From: Aliivibrio fischeri ES114
Lineage (GTDB): Bacteria; Pseudomonadota; Gammaproteobacteria; Enterobacterales; Vibrionaceae
Length of the DNA stretch: 32,000 bases
NCBI RefSeq assembly: GCF_000011805.1
Contig: NC_006841.2
Strand: one strand, 5' to 3'
The position numbers and the translations under genes were made by a program. The notes beneath the pieces are model-generated. The model did not search any database, was not told the DNA's origin, and saw only the letters and a list, made by a program, of their open reading frames with translations. Shown piece by piece: positions 1-10,580 of this stretch. The number at the start of each line of letters is the position of its first letter. Positions within the stretch are counted from its first letter, which is position 1.

Positions 1-758
1 GTATTCAAACAAGCTTTTTAGTTCTTGGTGTAGCCATTCTTATTATCGCTGTTCCTTTAGCGACAACGATCAACAACCCACCAGAAGGTTACCAACCAGA
101 AGAGCCTAAAGTTAAAGCTGGTAAAGCGCCAGTAACAACTCGTAAGCCAATGGATCTAAACTGGAAAGCAATGCTTAAAACACCACAGTTTTACTCATTA
201 TGGATCATGTATGCGTTTGCAGCGTCAGCTGGTCTTATGATCATTGGTAACATCACAACAATTGCAAGCATGCAAGCAAACCTACCGAATGCGGTTTACT
301 TAGCTTCTCTACTTGCTGTATTCAATTCAGGCGGTCGTGTTGCTGCTGGTATGCTTTCTGATAAGATCGGTGGTGTTAAAACATTACTTATCGCATTTGT
401 GCTTCAAGGTGCGAACATGGCTCTATTTAGCATGTACGACAATGAAGTAATGCTAATCATCGGTACAGCTGTTGCTGCTGTTGGTTACGGTACACTGCTA
501 GCCGTATTCCCATCACTTACTGCTGAGTTCTACGGTCTGAAAAACTACGGTACTAACTACGGTGTTCTATACACTTCATGGGGTATTGGTGGTGCTATCG
601 GTGCTGCAGTTGTTGGTTTCTCAATGACTCAAGGTGGCGACTATGCTCTAGCGTACACTATCTCTGCTGCGATGGTTGGTGTTGCAATTATTCTAGCTCT
701 AGTTACTAAGCCTATCTCTGAAGAGAAAGCACAACAACTAAGCCCTGCTACCGTTTAA
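1..758 (+). CDS. MFS transporter, OFA/OxlT-like, C-terminal part (5' truncated by window edge)
   Basis: The reading frame is open from base 3 (IQTSFLVLGVAILIIAVPLATTINNPPEGY...) into the listed ORF 150..758. Multiple TM segments and an MFS motif (GRVAAGMLSDKIGG). Confidence 0.85.
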   Translation, partial: IQTSFLVLGVAILIIAVPLATTINNPPEGYQPEEPKVKAGKAPVTTRKPMDLNWKAMLKTPQFYSLWIMYAFAASAGLMIIGNITTIASMQANLPNAVYLASLLAVFNSGGRVAAGMLSDKIGGVKTLLIAFVLQGANMALFSMYDNEVMLIIGTAVAAVGYGTLLAVFPSLTAEFYGLKNYGTNYGVLYTSWGIGGAIGAAVVGFSMTQGGDYALAYTISAAMVGVAIILALVTKPISEEKAQQLSPATV

Positions 759-774
759 TATTATTCAATAAAAT

Positions 775-811
775 CAAAGCCCGTTTGCAATTGTAAACGG
801 GCTTTTTTTGT
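775..811 (+). terminator. Rho-independent terminator after the MFS gene
   Basis: AAAGCCCGTTTGCAATTGTAAACGGGCTTTTTTT: GC stem followed by a T run. Confidence 0.9.
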
Positions 812-846
812 TTTTTTCCTCTTTTATTATTACAATATAACTTATC

Positions 847-3222
847 TTGAATTTATTGGATTTGCCTATGTTTTCTAAACGCTCATTATTAATTGCTTTT
901 GTTGTTATTTTCTCCGGTTGTGCCACGTACGCCACATATAACTACGATCAATTATTTGGAGAGGAGCAAGTTCAAGAACGTATTCACGAATATAAGTCAC
1001 CAGAGAGTATTGATTACCTTGATGATGTGAAACCTCTTATCGATAAACGCTGTGTGGTATGTCACGCCTGCTATGATGCGCCCTGCCAATTAAAAATGTC
1101 TTCAGCGGAAGGTATTGATCGTGGTGCGCATAAATCGAAAATTTATGAAGGAACACGTTTAGTTGCTGCAAATCCTACTCGTTTATTTGAGGATGCTCAA
1201 ACGACGCAAGAATGGCGTGATATTGGTTTCTCTCCTGTACTTAATGAACGTGACCAGAATGAAATTGCAAACACCGAAGCTGGTGTTATGGCACGCATGC
1301 TGACTTTAAAACAGACAAATCCACTTGCTAAAGAGAAACAATTAACAGGTTATGATTTCTCTATCGATCGTGATCAACAATGCCCTACGATCGAAGAAAT
1401 GTCTGATTATGAGAGTCAATATCCAAGCTGGGGTATGCCATATGGAATGCCTGAGTTGTCTAATTCAGAACACGATTTACTAATGAATTGGCTAGAGCAA
1501 GGCGCTCATATGAGTGATATTGCTCCGCTTTCGGATTCTGATATTGCAAATGTTGAAAAATGGGAAACCTTTTTCAATGGTAATTCATTAAAAGAGCAAC
1601 TTACCGCTCGTTACCTATACGAACACTTATTTTTAAATCATTTATATTTTACAAAAGATCCTAATACGCTACGCTTCTTTAAAGTTGTACGTTCAGCAAC
1701 GCCTCCAGGTGAACCGTTATCACTTATCGCAACACGTCGCCCATATGATGATCCGGGTGTAGAGCGTGTTTATTATCGTGTAGTTCCTGTCAGAAGTAGT
1801 ATTGTTGATAAAACACATATGCCCTACTTACTTGATCAAGAACGTTTTGAAAAATGGACTAAGTGGTTTGTTACTGCAGATTATCAAGTAACATCGCTAC
1901 CAAGTTACTCAACTGAAATTGCCGCTAATCCTCTAGTTACTTTTGTGGATCTACCCGTTCACTCGCGTTACAGCTATTTATTGGATGAAGCACAAGATAC
2001 CATTCAAGGCTTTATTAAAGGTCCGGTTTGTCGTGGTCAACTTGCTCTTAATGTGATTAATGATCATTTTTGGGTTTTCTTTGTCGATCCAGACAAAACC
2101 GATAGTCCCGATGTGGTGAAGTTCTATCGTGAACAAAAAGAGAATCTTGCTTTACCTGCAGAGTTAGACAGTACAACAGTGCCAATTACAAGTTGGATTC
2201 AATATTCTCGAAATCAAGCAAGATATTTAGAAGCAAAAAATACGTATCTAAATAGTATCTTTTCTAATGGTCAGCACTTAACTCTCGATCTAATTTGGAA
2301 TGGTAATCAAACTAATGATAATGCGGCATTAACTATCTACCGTCATTTTGATAGTGCTTCAGTTATTAAAGGATTAAATGGACCTACTCCAAAAACAGCT
2401 TGGGTAATTGATTATGCATTATTAGAACGTATTCATTACCTATTGGTTGCTGGTTTTGATGTGTATGGTAATTTCGGCCATCAATTGATGACTCGTATGT
2501 ACATGGATTTCTTAAGAATGGAAGGTGAAAGTAACTTTTTAGCTTTATTACCTAAGAAAATGCGTAAGGCTGAATTTGAAAGCTGGTATCAAGATCCATC
2601 ACCTCAACTAAGTCGTTTCTTACAGCGTGATGTACAGCCATTTGAGCAGCCAACACAAATAAAATATATTTCTAATAATCCAAAAGATGAACTCTTTACT
2701 AAATTAAGAAAACGCATGGGTAGTGGTTTATCAACCCGTTACAATGTAACTAATTCTGAGTTGGATAAATCGTCTCACATTGCTTTAAATAGTATTGATC
2801 GCATTCAAGGCGATGGACTGCAATACTTACCTCAAATCATGACGGTTAAAGTTGTGTCTAATAAAGGAAAAAGTGAATTTTTCACCCTATTAAATACAAG
2901 TGCGCATAAGAACATTTCTTCTTTATTTAATGAAGAAGGAAATCGTATTCCTAAACTTGACCGCTTGTCTATCCTATACGGTGTTGTAGGTAGTTACCCT
3001 GCTGCCTTTTTAGAGATTGAAGAATCTAAATTACCTGATTTTGTTAAACAATTAAGCAAAGTCGGTTCTGAAGAAGATTACGTCGCATTACTTGATGGCT
3101 ATGCAATTAGACGCAGCTCAAATAAATTCTGGGCTTATAGTGACGAGTTAACAGAATGGTATAAAATGAAATATCCAATCGAAGCTGGTCTTTTAGATTA
3201 CAATCGATTTGAAAATAGATAA
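847..3222 (+). CDS. cti: Fatty acid cis/trans isomerase (Cti family), with a CxxCH heme motif
   Basis: 791 aa; N-terminal lipoprotein-like signal; CVVCH motif; DPNTLRFFKVVRSATPPGEPLSLIATRRPYDDPG, typical of Cti. Confidence 0.85.
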   Translation: MNLLDLPMFSKRSLLIAFVVIFSGCATYATYNYDQLFGEEQVQERIHEYKSPESIDYLDDVKPLIDKRCVVCHACYDAPCQLKMSSAEGIDRGAHKSKIYEGTRLVAANPTRLFEDAQTTQEWRDIGFSPVLNERDQNEIANTEAGVMARMLTLKQTNPLAKEKQLTGYDFSIDRDQQCPTIEEMSDYESQYPSWGMPYGMPELSNSEHDLLMNWLEQGAHMSDIAPLSDSDIANVEKWETFFNGNSLKEQLTARYLYEHLFLNHLYFTKDPNTLRFFKVVRSATPPGEPLSLIATRRPYDDPGVERVYYRVVPVRSSIVDKTHMPYLLDQERFEKWTKWFVTADYQVTSLPSYSTEIAANPLVTFVDLPVHSRYSYLLDEAQDTIQGFIKGPVCRGQLALNVINDHFWVFFVDPDKTDSPDVVKFYREQKENLALPAELDSTTVPITSWIQYSRNQARYLEAKNTYLNSIFSNGQHLTLDLIWNGNQTNDNAALTIYRHFDSASVIKGLNGPTPKTAWVIDYALLERIHYLLVAGFDVYGNFGHQLMTRMYMDFLRMEGESNFLALLPKKMRKAEFESWYQDPSPQLSRFLQRDVQPFEQPTQIKYISNNPKDELFTKLRKRMGSGLSTRYNVTNSELDKSSHIALNSIDRIQGDGLQYLPQIMTVKVVSNKGKSEFFTLLNTSAHKNISSLFNEEGNRIPKLDRLSILYGVVGSYPAAFLEIEESKLPDFVKQLSKVGSEEDYVALLDGYAIRRSSNKFWAYSDELTEWYKMKYPIEAGLLDYNRFENR

Positions 3223-3239
3223 TTCTTATTTTTGAATAT

Positions 3240-3277
3240 TGAAAAGTGAGTGTACACAGGAGACACTCACCTTTTTA
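3240..3277 (+). terminator. Rho-independent terminator after cti
   Basis: GTGAGTGT-ACACAGGAG-ACACTCAC followed by CTTTTT. Confidence 0.85.
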
Positions 3278-3292
3278 GGGGTATTTTACTTG

Positions 3293-3916
3293 TTGGAACA
3301 AATATTTATACAATGCCTTAATGCATTTAGTGATGATTACAAAACCATTTGTAAGCATCATTACCCTACTATTCATAATCGCGGAATGTCACCATCACAT
3401 CTAAGCTCTGCTTTTCACCGTCGACTAAAAGCGATCGTTCAAGCACAAGGTTACTCTTGTGAAATAACCCTTTTCTCGCATGATACAGAACATCAATTGT
3501 ATGTTTTTTCATTACTGATTAATGATGAACGTATATGGATGATCTACCCTCAGTTTTTGAATGCAAAAACAGAAGCCAAAACACAAATATATGCGGCTAT
3601 AGAAGAACTTAAGAAAAGTGATGTTTTATTATTGAATGACCACTTAATGGTATTGTGTGATCATTGGTTTGATAGAACAAGAAGCAGTAAAGAATTGTAT
3701 TTCTGGTGGACAGGCAAAATGCCTGAAGACAACGCAATGTATACTCACCAAGGCATTCATAACTTAATATCTGAAACCACACTCGATAAGCAATTAAATA
3801 ACTTAAGCATGACATGTTTGAATCGCTCTATATATCACCCCTTAGAGGCGAATCAACAACATGTCTTACTTAAATACTTTTTATGTTTTAGCCTTTTTCG
3901 TTATATTCATAACTAA
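3293..3916 (+). CDS. Conserved hypothetical protein
   Basis: ORF track gives 3239..3916, but the first codons lie in the cti terminator hairpin. The in-frame TTG at 3293 is a more plausible start. Confidence 0.55.
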   Translation: MEQIFIQCLNAFSDDYKTICKHHYPTIHNRGMSPSHLSSAFHRRLKAIVQAQGYSCEITLFSHDTEHQLYVFSLLINDERIWMIYPQFLNAKTEAKTQIYAAIEELKKSDVLLLNDHLMVLCDHWFDRTRSSKELYFWWTGKMPEDNAMYTHQGIHNLISETTLDKQLNNLSMTCLNRSIYHPLEANQQHVLLKYFLCFSLFRYIHN

Positions 3917-3921
3917 TGGCT

Positions 3922-4296
3922 TTATCCAAGGCTTTCTTCACTATCCTTATTCGGATGCTCTATGTGAATAACCCCTTTACAGCCTAAATTTTCTATCTGC
4001 GTTTTATGCAGTTGAGTACTTAAATAAAAGCCGTATTGGTAAAGCGTTTCACCTTTTACTGATTTTATTTCTTTTCGATACACAATGTCGCCAATCATTG
4101 CAGGAAATGAACGAATTCTCAGTTCACAGCTGCCTTCTTGTAATTTACGTTCACTTGTAAAACCAAACCCTTTTTTAGATACATCCATTAATTTAACGCT
4201 AACAAAAGGCATCAATCTATGTGCCCAAAATATTTTAGCATTAACAGATTTTTTACACTCAAATCTGGGCCAACGGCGCTTTAATAAAAATTCCAC
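3922..4296 (-). CDS. PilZ-like domain protein
   Basis: MEFLLKRRWPRFECKKSVNAKIF...VKLMDVSKKGFGFTSERKL...: RxxxR and D/NxSxxG pattern of PilZ domains. Confidence 0.65.
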   Translation of the reverse strand: MEFLLKRRWPRFECKKSVNAKIFWAHRLMPFVSVKLMDVSKKGFGFTSERKLQEGSCELRIRSFPAMIGDIVYRKEIKSVKGETLYQYGFYLSTQLHKTQIENLGCKGVIHIEHPNKDSEESLG

Positions 4297-4488
4297 ATCT
4301 CACCTTGAGTTTGTCTTTATGCGCTTATTCTCAACAAAAACCGAGGATATTTCAACAAGATTATCAGTAAAATTATCATGAATGATACACTGTATAATGG
4401 ATTATTTTTGATTTCAGTAAGATTATACAAACCATATATGTAAACAGCTTTTTATATTCATCGATATGAATGACTAAACATTCGTTCT

Positions 4489-5913
4489 TTAGTATGTTTG
4501 TGCAAGCTCAACTGGATACCCTCTTTCTATAGCAAACTGTTCGGCTAAATGACAAACGTCATCATTAGATGGCTGAGTAAGTGTATTAATTTCTGTGCTT
4601 AATTTTATTGTTTGCGCTATTTGTTTTGCGCATTCAATAGCAGATGAGGCTTTTACTATCTCTGCTCTAAAATAACCATGGCCATCATAATTAATCGTCG
4701 CTGCTCTTAGTGTTATATCATCACCTGGAATTTGTTGAGCACCATATAACGGTTTTCCTGCTGTGGATGCAGTTTCAAACGAAGAAATAAATTGTGATAA
4801 ATGTTTGATGGCCTTTTCAGTTCGCTCTTGCTGAATACTTTCTTTCCAACCGTTCGTAATTTTATTGATGAATTTTTCTGGTAACTGTGGTTGAGAAGAT
4901 AGCTCTGAAGAACGAGATAGCCCATCTTTAAATAACGTAATTTCTTCTGTCATACCGTGTAATTGAAAATAGCCATTAGGGTATGGAGTTAACTGTGCCA
5001 TTCCTTTTGGAGTGCCTCTTTCTCCATGAAATATTACTTCTGGCCATTTTCCAAAAAAGTCACTATTCCAATGTGTCACATACGCAGCTTTGAACTCAAC
5101 CAGCCTTTTGGTTTGCTGTTGTGCAAGATCATCTATGATACCGGTGCGAAATCCTGCACAATTGATGACATAATCAAAGTTACAGCTAGTGACAGTGTCA
5201 CTATTTGAAAAACTTAAAAACCAATTACCATTATCTTGTTTATTTAATTTTTCAACTCGACATGAAAGATGCAAATTTACATTGGATTGTTCACTGAGAA
5301 CTAATTGAGCAGTTGATGCCATTCTAAATACACTTAGCCCATACTCTTGCACGATGACTACTGGGTATTTTATTTGCTCTAAATCTGTGGTTTTAGCGAA
5401 TGGGATCATCCACTCTGTCATTGAGCGAGGTTGATTTGTTGGTTCAAGTTTTGCAATTTCAAATAATTCTTGTTTAGTAAACGTCGTGAAATAATCTTCT
5501 GGTCTACCAAACACTTCATTCTTTTTAGATTGTTCAATGAGTTCCAGATAGTGCTTTTGCAATAAATTTAAACGCGGTAAAAGATCGCTCGCTTCAGCTC
5601 TATCGTCTTTAGGTACTGCGATAATTGTCGGTCTAATATTTAATGAATGAGGGAAAAATTGAGCGGTTTGAATTGACTCTGTTAATAAAGCGATACATTG
5701 CTCATCAGAGATCTCACGGTACAAATTACCGCCGGCGTGTAAATGACAAATAGGCGGACCATTAACTAAACTGGTTCCTTGCTCAAAAAGATCAATTTCA
5801 ATATCAAATTTTGACAGATACATTGCAATTGTTGAGCCTGCAACGCCACCACCAATGATGGCTACTTTCTTTTTTGAAGGTTTTTTGTCCATTATTTTCC
5901 ACAATCCAAGCAA
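4489..5913 (-). CDS. FAD-dependent oxidoreductase
   Basis: KKVAIIGGGVAGSTIAMYLSKFDIEIDLFEQG Rossmann/FAD motif. Probable start is MDKKPSKKK, slightly inside the listed ORF. Confidence 0.8.
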   Translation of the reverse strand: MLGLWKIMDKKPSKKKVAIIGGGVAGSTIAMYLSKFDIEIDLFEQGTSLVNGPPICHLHAGGNLYREISDEQCIALLTESIQTAQFFPHSLNIRPTIIAVPKDDRAEASDLLPRLNLLQKHYLELIEQSKKNEVFGRPEDYFTTFTKQELFEIAKLEPTNQPRSMTEWMIPFAKTTDLEQIKYPVVIVQEYGLSVFRMASTAQLVLSEQSNVNLHLSCRVEKLNKQDNGNWFLSFSNSDTVTSCNFDYVINCAGFRTGIIDDLAQQQTKRLVEFKAAYVTHWNSDFFGKWPEVIFHGERGTPKGMAQLTPYPNGYFQLHGMTEEITLFKDGLSRSSELSSQPQLPEKFINKITNGWKESIQQERTEKAIKHLSQFISSFETASTAGKPLYGAQQIPGDDITLRAATINYDGHGYFRAEIVKASSAIECAKQIAQTIKLSTEINTLTQPSNDDVCHLAEQFAIERGYPVELAQTY

Positions 5914-6070
5914 TATTTATATTAACTTGGCTATTTTACTTTGCGTCACAAAAAAATAATAGAATAGAGAAAGAAAAAGCTTGATCTATATGTATTGTAC
6001 TTATAATTCAATAAGTTAAACTGTTATTCAAACAGTTACCCACAGAAATTGTGGATAACTGTGGGTAACT

Positions 6071-6304
6071 TTAACCCCACAAGGTTAATTTAATAATTCT
6101 GATAGCAACACCTATGATAAGTAGGCTAATACCAATTCGATACCACTTATATTCATTAACAGACATTTCAATTCGTTTTACAAACAGCATAACGGCACCA
6201 CTTATGTCTGATGTTCTTCGAGAATACTGGGTTATTGAGACTAATATGCACACCATACCAATCAACATAAATAAATACTGTGCTATATCAATGAGAAATT
6301 CCAT
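6071..6304 (-). CDS. Small membrane protein, unknown
   Basis: 77 aa with two hydrophobic segments. Confidence 0.5.
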   Translation of the reverse strand: MEFLIDIAQYLFMLIGMVCILVSITQYSRRTSDISGAVMLFVKRIEMSVNEYKWYRIGISLLIIGVAIRIIKLTLWG

Positions 6305-6467
6305 ATTTAAGCTCCTTATGTGTTCTATGTAACTATCTCTTTTTTCATTGATTAAAGTAAATTAGCAAATAGTCTTATATATTTTCAGTATGCTGTTATA
6401 AAGAGGTACTTATTCATCCTTGTATTTTGTTATACTGGTCACAACTTTATTAGATTATGTGAATGTA

Positions 6468-8114
6468 ATGGAACAGCTTGAAGCCAAACTAAAAAAATTA
6501 GAAAAACGAAACTACCGTAGTTATACCTCTATTAAAGGGGAATACGATTTTACCGACTTCACTCTGTATATCGATAATGTTCAATCTGACCCTTATGCTC
6601 CACCAACACGTATTCGTGCAAAACGTGCATGGTCGCTAACCCATCTTCAATGGCTTCAAGAAACGTCACTTGATTATCAACGTGCCGCTCGTGATTTTTT
6701 AGCTCGCCACTTTAGTGAGTTATTAGAAAAAGATGCAACGCTTTCAATTGCATTATCTGGTCAGACGGTTTTAGACCATACTTCAGTCATTTTTGATGAT
6801 GAAGGCATCGAACTTCGTTACAACATTAATTTACCGGCTGATGGTCGTGAGATTTTAGCGAAAAAAGCGATTAATATTTTAACTTACCATATGCCTAAAT
6901 ATGTACGCCGTACACTTTTAGCTCGCGAACTTCCTATTGAAGAGTTAAAAGAACATTGTAAAGTTATCGTTGACCAAGTTGCTCTTCGTCGTCAGCTTTC
7001 TGAGCACGGCTTAGTTGCTTTTGTTGCTAATGGCAGTATTTTACCTCGAATTGCTGGTAATAATGATCGTCCAATGAAGGATGCGATTGCATTTCAAAGC
7101 CCTGAGTCGTTAGAAGTCGAGCTAATGACGCCTAACCGTGGCCCTGTAAAAGGCATGGGAATTCCAAAAGGCATCACGTTAATTGTGGGTGGTGGTTTCC
7201 ATGGTAAATCAACACTATTGAATGCATTAGAACGCTCTATTTATGATCATATCCCTGGCGATGGTCGTGAATATATCGTAACAGAAGAATCTACAACAAA
7301 AATTCAAGCAGAAGATGGACGTTGTGTTCATAATTTGAATTTATCGAACTACATTAACCATTTACCTATGGGTAAAGACACAACATGCTTCTCAACTCAA
7401 GATGCATCAGGTTCTACATCACAAGCAGCATGGCTTCAAGAGTCACTAGAAGCTCAGGCTAAAACTCTTTTAATTGATGAAGATACGTCTGCAACCAATT
7501 TCATGATCCGTGATGAGCGAATGCAAGCATTAGTAAATAATGGTGCAGAACCCATTACCCCTCTTGTCGATCGCATTGGTCAGTTACGTGATGAAATGGG
7601 TGTTTCTACAATTCTTGTTATGGGTGGCTCTGGTGATTACCTTGATGTTGCAGACACGGTTATCCAAATGCATGACTACCAAGCAGTTGATGTTACTTCA
7701 AAAGCGAAAGAAGTGGTTGTTTCACACCCTACTACGCGTGTGCGTGAAGGCTCGGACAATTTGCTACCAACCGAGATGCGTCAATTAAACCGTTCTTCCC
7801 TTCAAGCGATTCTTCAAGAAGGCAAGTTCCGTATTCAAGCGAAAAACAAAGATTCGTTACGTTTTGGCCGTGAATATATTGATATTACCGCTATCTCTCA
7901 ACTTCAGTCTTCAGCGCAAGTTCATGCTATTGGTTGGATGTGGTTTCAGTTATCACAAACTCCAGGTTGGGAATCGAACCCTGTTGAGTTTATTGCTCAG
8001 CAACTTCATGATAATTGGTATGAAATGATGCCAAAGCACGGTGATTTGGCTAAGCCGCGTGTTATTGAGGTAATGGCGACACTTAATCGTATGCGTGTAG
8101 CTGAATTTAAATAG
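6468..8114 (+). CDS. Predicted ATPase of the ABC class
   Basis: GGGFHGKSTLLNALERSIYDHIPGDGREYIVTEESTTKIQAEDGR Walker A; LLIDEDTSATNFMIRD Walker B region. The internal ATG at 6468 (MEQLEAKLKKLEKRNYRSY) is the likely start. Confidence 0.85.
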   Translation: MEQLEAKLKKLEKRNYRSYTSIKGEYDFTDFTLYIDNVQSDPYAPPTRIRAKRAWSLTHLQWLQETSLDYQRAARDFLARHFSELLEKDATLSIALSGQTVLDHTSVIFDDEGIELRYNINLPADGREILAKKAINILTYHMPKYVRRTLLARELPIEELKEHCKVIVDQVALRRQLSEHGLVAFVANGSILPRIAGNNDRPMKDAIAFQSPESLEVELMTPNRGPVKGMGIPKGITLIVGGGFHGKSTLLNALERSIYDHIPGDGREYIVTEESTTKIQAEDGRCVHNLNLSNYINHLPMGKDTTCFSTQDASGSTSQAAWLQESLEAQAKTLLIDEDTSATNFMIRDERMQALVNNGAEPITPLVDRIGQLRDEMGVSTILVMGGSGDYLDVADTVIQMHDYQAVDVTSKAKEVVVSHPTTRVREGSDNLLPTEMRQLNRSSLQAILQEGKFRIQAKNKDSLRFGREYIDITAISQLQSSAQVHAIGWMWFQLSQTPGWESNPVEFIAQQLHDNWYEMMPKHGDLAKPRVIEVMATLNRMRVAEFK

Positions 8115-8129
8115 CAAATCACAACTTTT

Positions 8130-8161
8130 ATAAAGCCTCCTTCTATAGGAGGCTTTTTTGT
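8130..8161 (+). terminator. Rho-independent terminator
   Basis: AAAGCCTCCTTCTATAGGAGGCTTTTTTG. Confidence 0.9.
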
Positions 8162-8388
8162 ATATAATGCTTTTCTTTTAACAAATAACAATCAAATTGA
8201 TTACAAATTAAACATTCAATAATGATTATCTACTGAATAAAAGTGAATAATTACTTTTTTTTAATGAATAGTATTCCACTTCATTAGAAAACAGTGTAAT
8301 CTCCACTTTATTGAATGAATACGGAAATTTAGTGAATAATAATGCTAAGGAATAGCAGTTTATTAACTAGTGGTAATTTGAGAGATTT

Positions 8389-9756
8389 ATGCAAAATTCA
8401 AGTGAGAGTGTACCTATGAGCAAGAAGAAGAATCTTCTAATGTTCCTTATCCCGTCATTAATCGGCTTGTTCCTTTTTATGGCACCAATAACCTATAACG
8501 GTGATATTACTATCCCAGTTGCCGTTTTAGCTAAATCAATTCAAGCTTTATTCGGTGAGCACCTAGTAGCTATGGTTACTGGTATCACTCTGTTTATGGC
8601 AGTAGTAACTATCTTGTTTAAATTATTTAAACCAAGTTTTATTACCAGCAATGAATTCCTATTTGGTCTATTGAACCCAAGCCCACTTTGGTTCGTCGTT
8701 CGCCTAATTGGTGGTGCAGCGGCAGCAATGGTATTTTTTCAATTCGGTCCTGAAGCTATTTGGGAACCAAATACTGGTGGTTTAGTATTAAACGATTTAC
8801 TTCCTGTTCTTTTTTCTGTATTCATTTTTGCAGGTTTATTATTACCTCTTCTTCTTAACTTTGGTTTACTTGAATTATTTGGTGCTTTGTTAAGTAAAGT
8901 GATGCGTCCGGTTTTCAATCTACCAGGTCGTTCAGCTATTGACTGTATGGCATCGTGGTTAGGTGATGGCTCTGTTGGTATTCTTTTAACAAGCAAACAA
9001 TATGAAGGTAAGTTTTATACTCAGCGTGAAGCTGCTGTTGTTGGTACGACTTTCTCTGCAGTATCAATTACTTTCAGCCTTGTTGTTATTGCTCAAGTTG
9101 AACTAGAAAGTTATTTCTTACCATTTTATTTAACTGTATGTCTTGCTGGTGTTGTGGCTGCTATTATCATCCCTCGCCTACCACCATTAAGTCGTAAAAA
9201 AGACCTGTTCATTGATGGTACCGAGCGTGATGCCGATGCTGAATTAATCCCAGAAGGATACACAACATTTTCTTGGGGTTTAGAGCAAGCGATGAACAAA
9301 GCCGCTAAAGTAACTTCTATTAGAGGCGTATTTGGTGAAGGCGTTAAGAATGCAGTAGATATGGTATTTGGCGTATTACCAGTGGTTATGGCATTAGGTA
9401 CTGTGGCTCTTGTTATTGCTGAATATACTTCTGTTTTCACTGTACTAGGTCAACCGTTTATTCCGTTCCTTGAATTACTAGGTGTTCCTGAAGCGGCTGC
9501 TGCATCTCAAACGATTGTTGTTGGTTTTGCTGATATGTTTATTCCATCAATCTTAGCGGCATCAATCGATAGTGAAATGACTCGTTTTGTGATTGCTGCA
9601 ATGTCAGTTACACAGTTAATTTATATGTCTGAAGTTGGTGCTTTATTACTTGGTAGTAAGATCCCTGTAAACATTTTTGAACTGTTTGCTATCTTCATCT
9701 TACGTACTATTATCACACTTCCAGTAATTGCAGGTATGGCACATTTAATTTTCTAA
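8389..9756 (+). CDS. YjiH family / nucleoside recognition (Gate) domain membrane protein
   Basis: 455 aa polytopic protein; SGRSAIDCMASWLGDGSVGILLTSKQYEGKFYTQREAAVVGTTFSAVSITFSLVV. Confidence 0.8.
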   Translation: MQNSSESVPMSKKKNLLMFLIPSLIGLFLFMAPITYNGDITIPVAVLAKSIQALFGEHLVAMVTGITLFMAVVTILFKLFKPSFITSNEFLFGLLNPSPLWFVVRLIGGAAAAMVFFQFGPEAIWEPNTGGLVLNDLLPVLFSVFIFAGLLLPLLLNFGLLELFGALLSKVMRPVFNLPGRSAIDCMASWLGDGSVGILLTSKQYEGKFYTQREAAVVGTTFSAVSITFSLVVIAQVELESYFLPFYLTVCLAGVVAAIIIPRLPPLSRKKDLFIDGTERDADAELIPEGYTTFSWGLEQAMNKAAKVTSIRGVFGEGVKNAVDMVFGVLPVVMALGTVALVIAEYTSVFTVLGQPFIPFLELLGVPEAAAASQTIVVGFADMFIPSILAASIDSEMTRFVIAAMSVTQLIYMSEVGALLLGSKIPVNIFELFAIFILRTIITLPVIAGMAHLIF

Positions 9757-9777
9757 TTAAACGTCACTCTCACCTAT

Positions 9778-9812
9778 TTAAAGCGATCTCTTATGAGGTC
9801 GTTTTTTTTGAC
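9778..9812 (+). terminator. Rho-independent terminator
   Basis: AAAGCGATCTCTTATGAGGTCGTTTTTTTT. Confidence 0.75.
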
Positions 9813-9960
9813 TTAAATACTCATAGAAGACAAATGATAATATTGGTGTGAATAATAATGAGAAAATGAAAGCTATTGGGCCTGAACGATCATAGCTTTT
9901 AGCTATAACGGCGACCCCTAATGATAATGAAATATATATCCATAAAGAGAAGTAAATCAT
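9778..9960 (-). CDS. Small hydrophobic protein, unknown
   Basis: 60 aa, two TM-like segments. Overlaps the terminator of the convergent gene. Confidence 0.35.
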   Translation of the reverse strand: MIYFSLWIYISLSLGVAVIAKSYDRSGPIAFIFSLLFTPILSFVFYEYLSQKKRPHKRSL

Positions 9961-10103
9961 ATAAGACCAACATGTTACACAATAAAAACAATGCTAGCGT
10001 TATATATCTTCTATACCATTAGTGATACTTGATTTGGCAAAATGTGCTGAATTATCAGCAATTATAGGATTTAACAAATTATGTTAGATTATTAGATAAA
10101 AAA

Positions 10104-10134
10104 GGCTTAGCAATAAACCTAAGCCTTTCAATAC
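10104..10134 (-). terminator. Rho-independent terminator for the DUF3297 gene
   Basis: Minus strand: AAAGGCTTAGGTTTATTGCTAAGCCTTTTTT. Confidence 0.85.
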
Positions 10135-10151
10135 TTATAATAAGTAAATGC

Positions 10152-10406
10152 TTATTTATAAAAAGCTTCAACTGTGCCTTTTAATTTAATTAGCATTGGT
10201 TGTCCACGACGATCAAGTGCTTTAGGTGAAGGGATCTTAACCCAACCTTCGCTGATGCAATATTCTTCAACATCAAAACGCTCTTTACCATTTAAACGAA
10301 TACCAATGTGATGCTCAAAGCATTCAGCAACGTGATGTGGGCTACGAGGATTGCCAGAAAGGTGGTCTGGTAAAGTTGGTTGAGTTTTAGCGTCGTTCAT
10401 GTTCAT
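10152..10406 (-). CDS. DUF3297 family protein
   Basis: LPDHLSGNPRSPHHVAECFEHHIGIRLNGKERFDVEEYCISEGWVKIPSPKALDRRGQPMLIKLKGTVEAFYK. Confidence 0.85.
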   Translation of the reverse strand: MNMNDAKTQPTLPDHLSGNPRSPHHVAECFEHHIGIRLNGKERFDVEEYCISEGWVKIPSPKALDRRGQPMLIKLKGTVEAFYK

Positions 10407-10580
10407 GACCTATAAAATAAAAGTGCGTCATTGTAGTCAATCTAAGACTAAGTCACAAGTGCTCTTCATCAATATCATTTATGATACTTACCTAGCGGAG
10501 TTAATTTTTATTATTTCTTGTTCTAGCTGTTTTGTGATGGGCATCCTTAAATCTTTTTCCTATACTAGTCATAATATTAG

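Noticed and set aside
3609-3815. Antisense ORF in the gene at 3293..3916, and similar antisense ORFs at 4713, 5026, 7540, 8739, 9126, 11035, 13475, 13509, 16496, 18667, 20663, 20803, 27249, 27881 and 30026.
   Set aside because: Embedded opposite well-supported coding sequences with no independent signals.
9778-9960. Small hydrophobic ORF as a possible toxin.
   Set aside because: Overlaps a terminator, no regulatory RNA or repeats nearby. Kept only as a low-confidence CDS.
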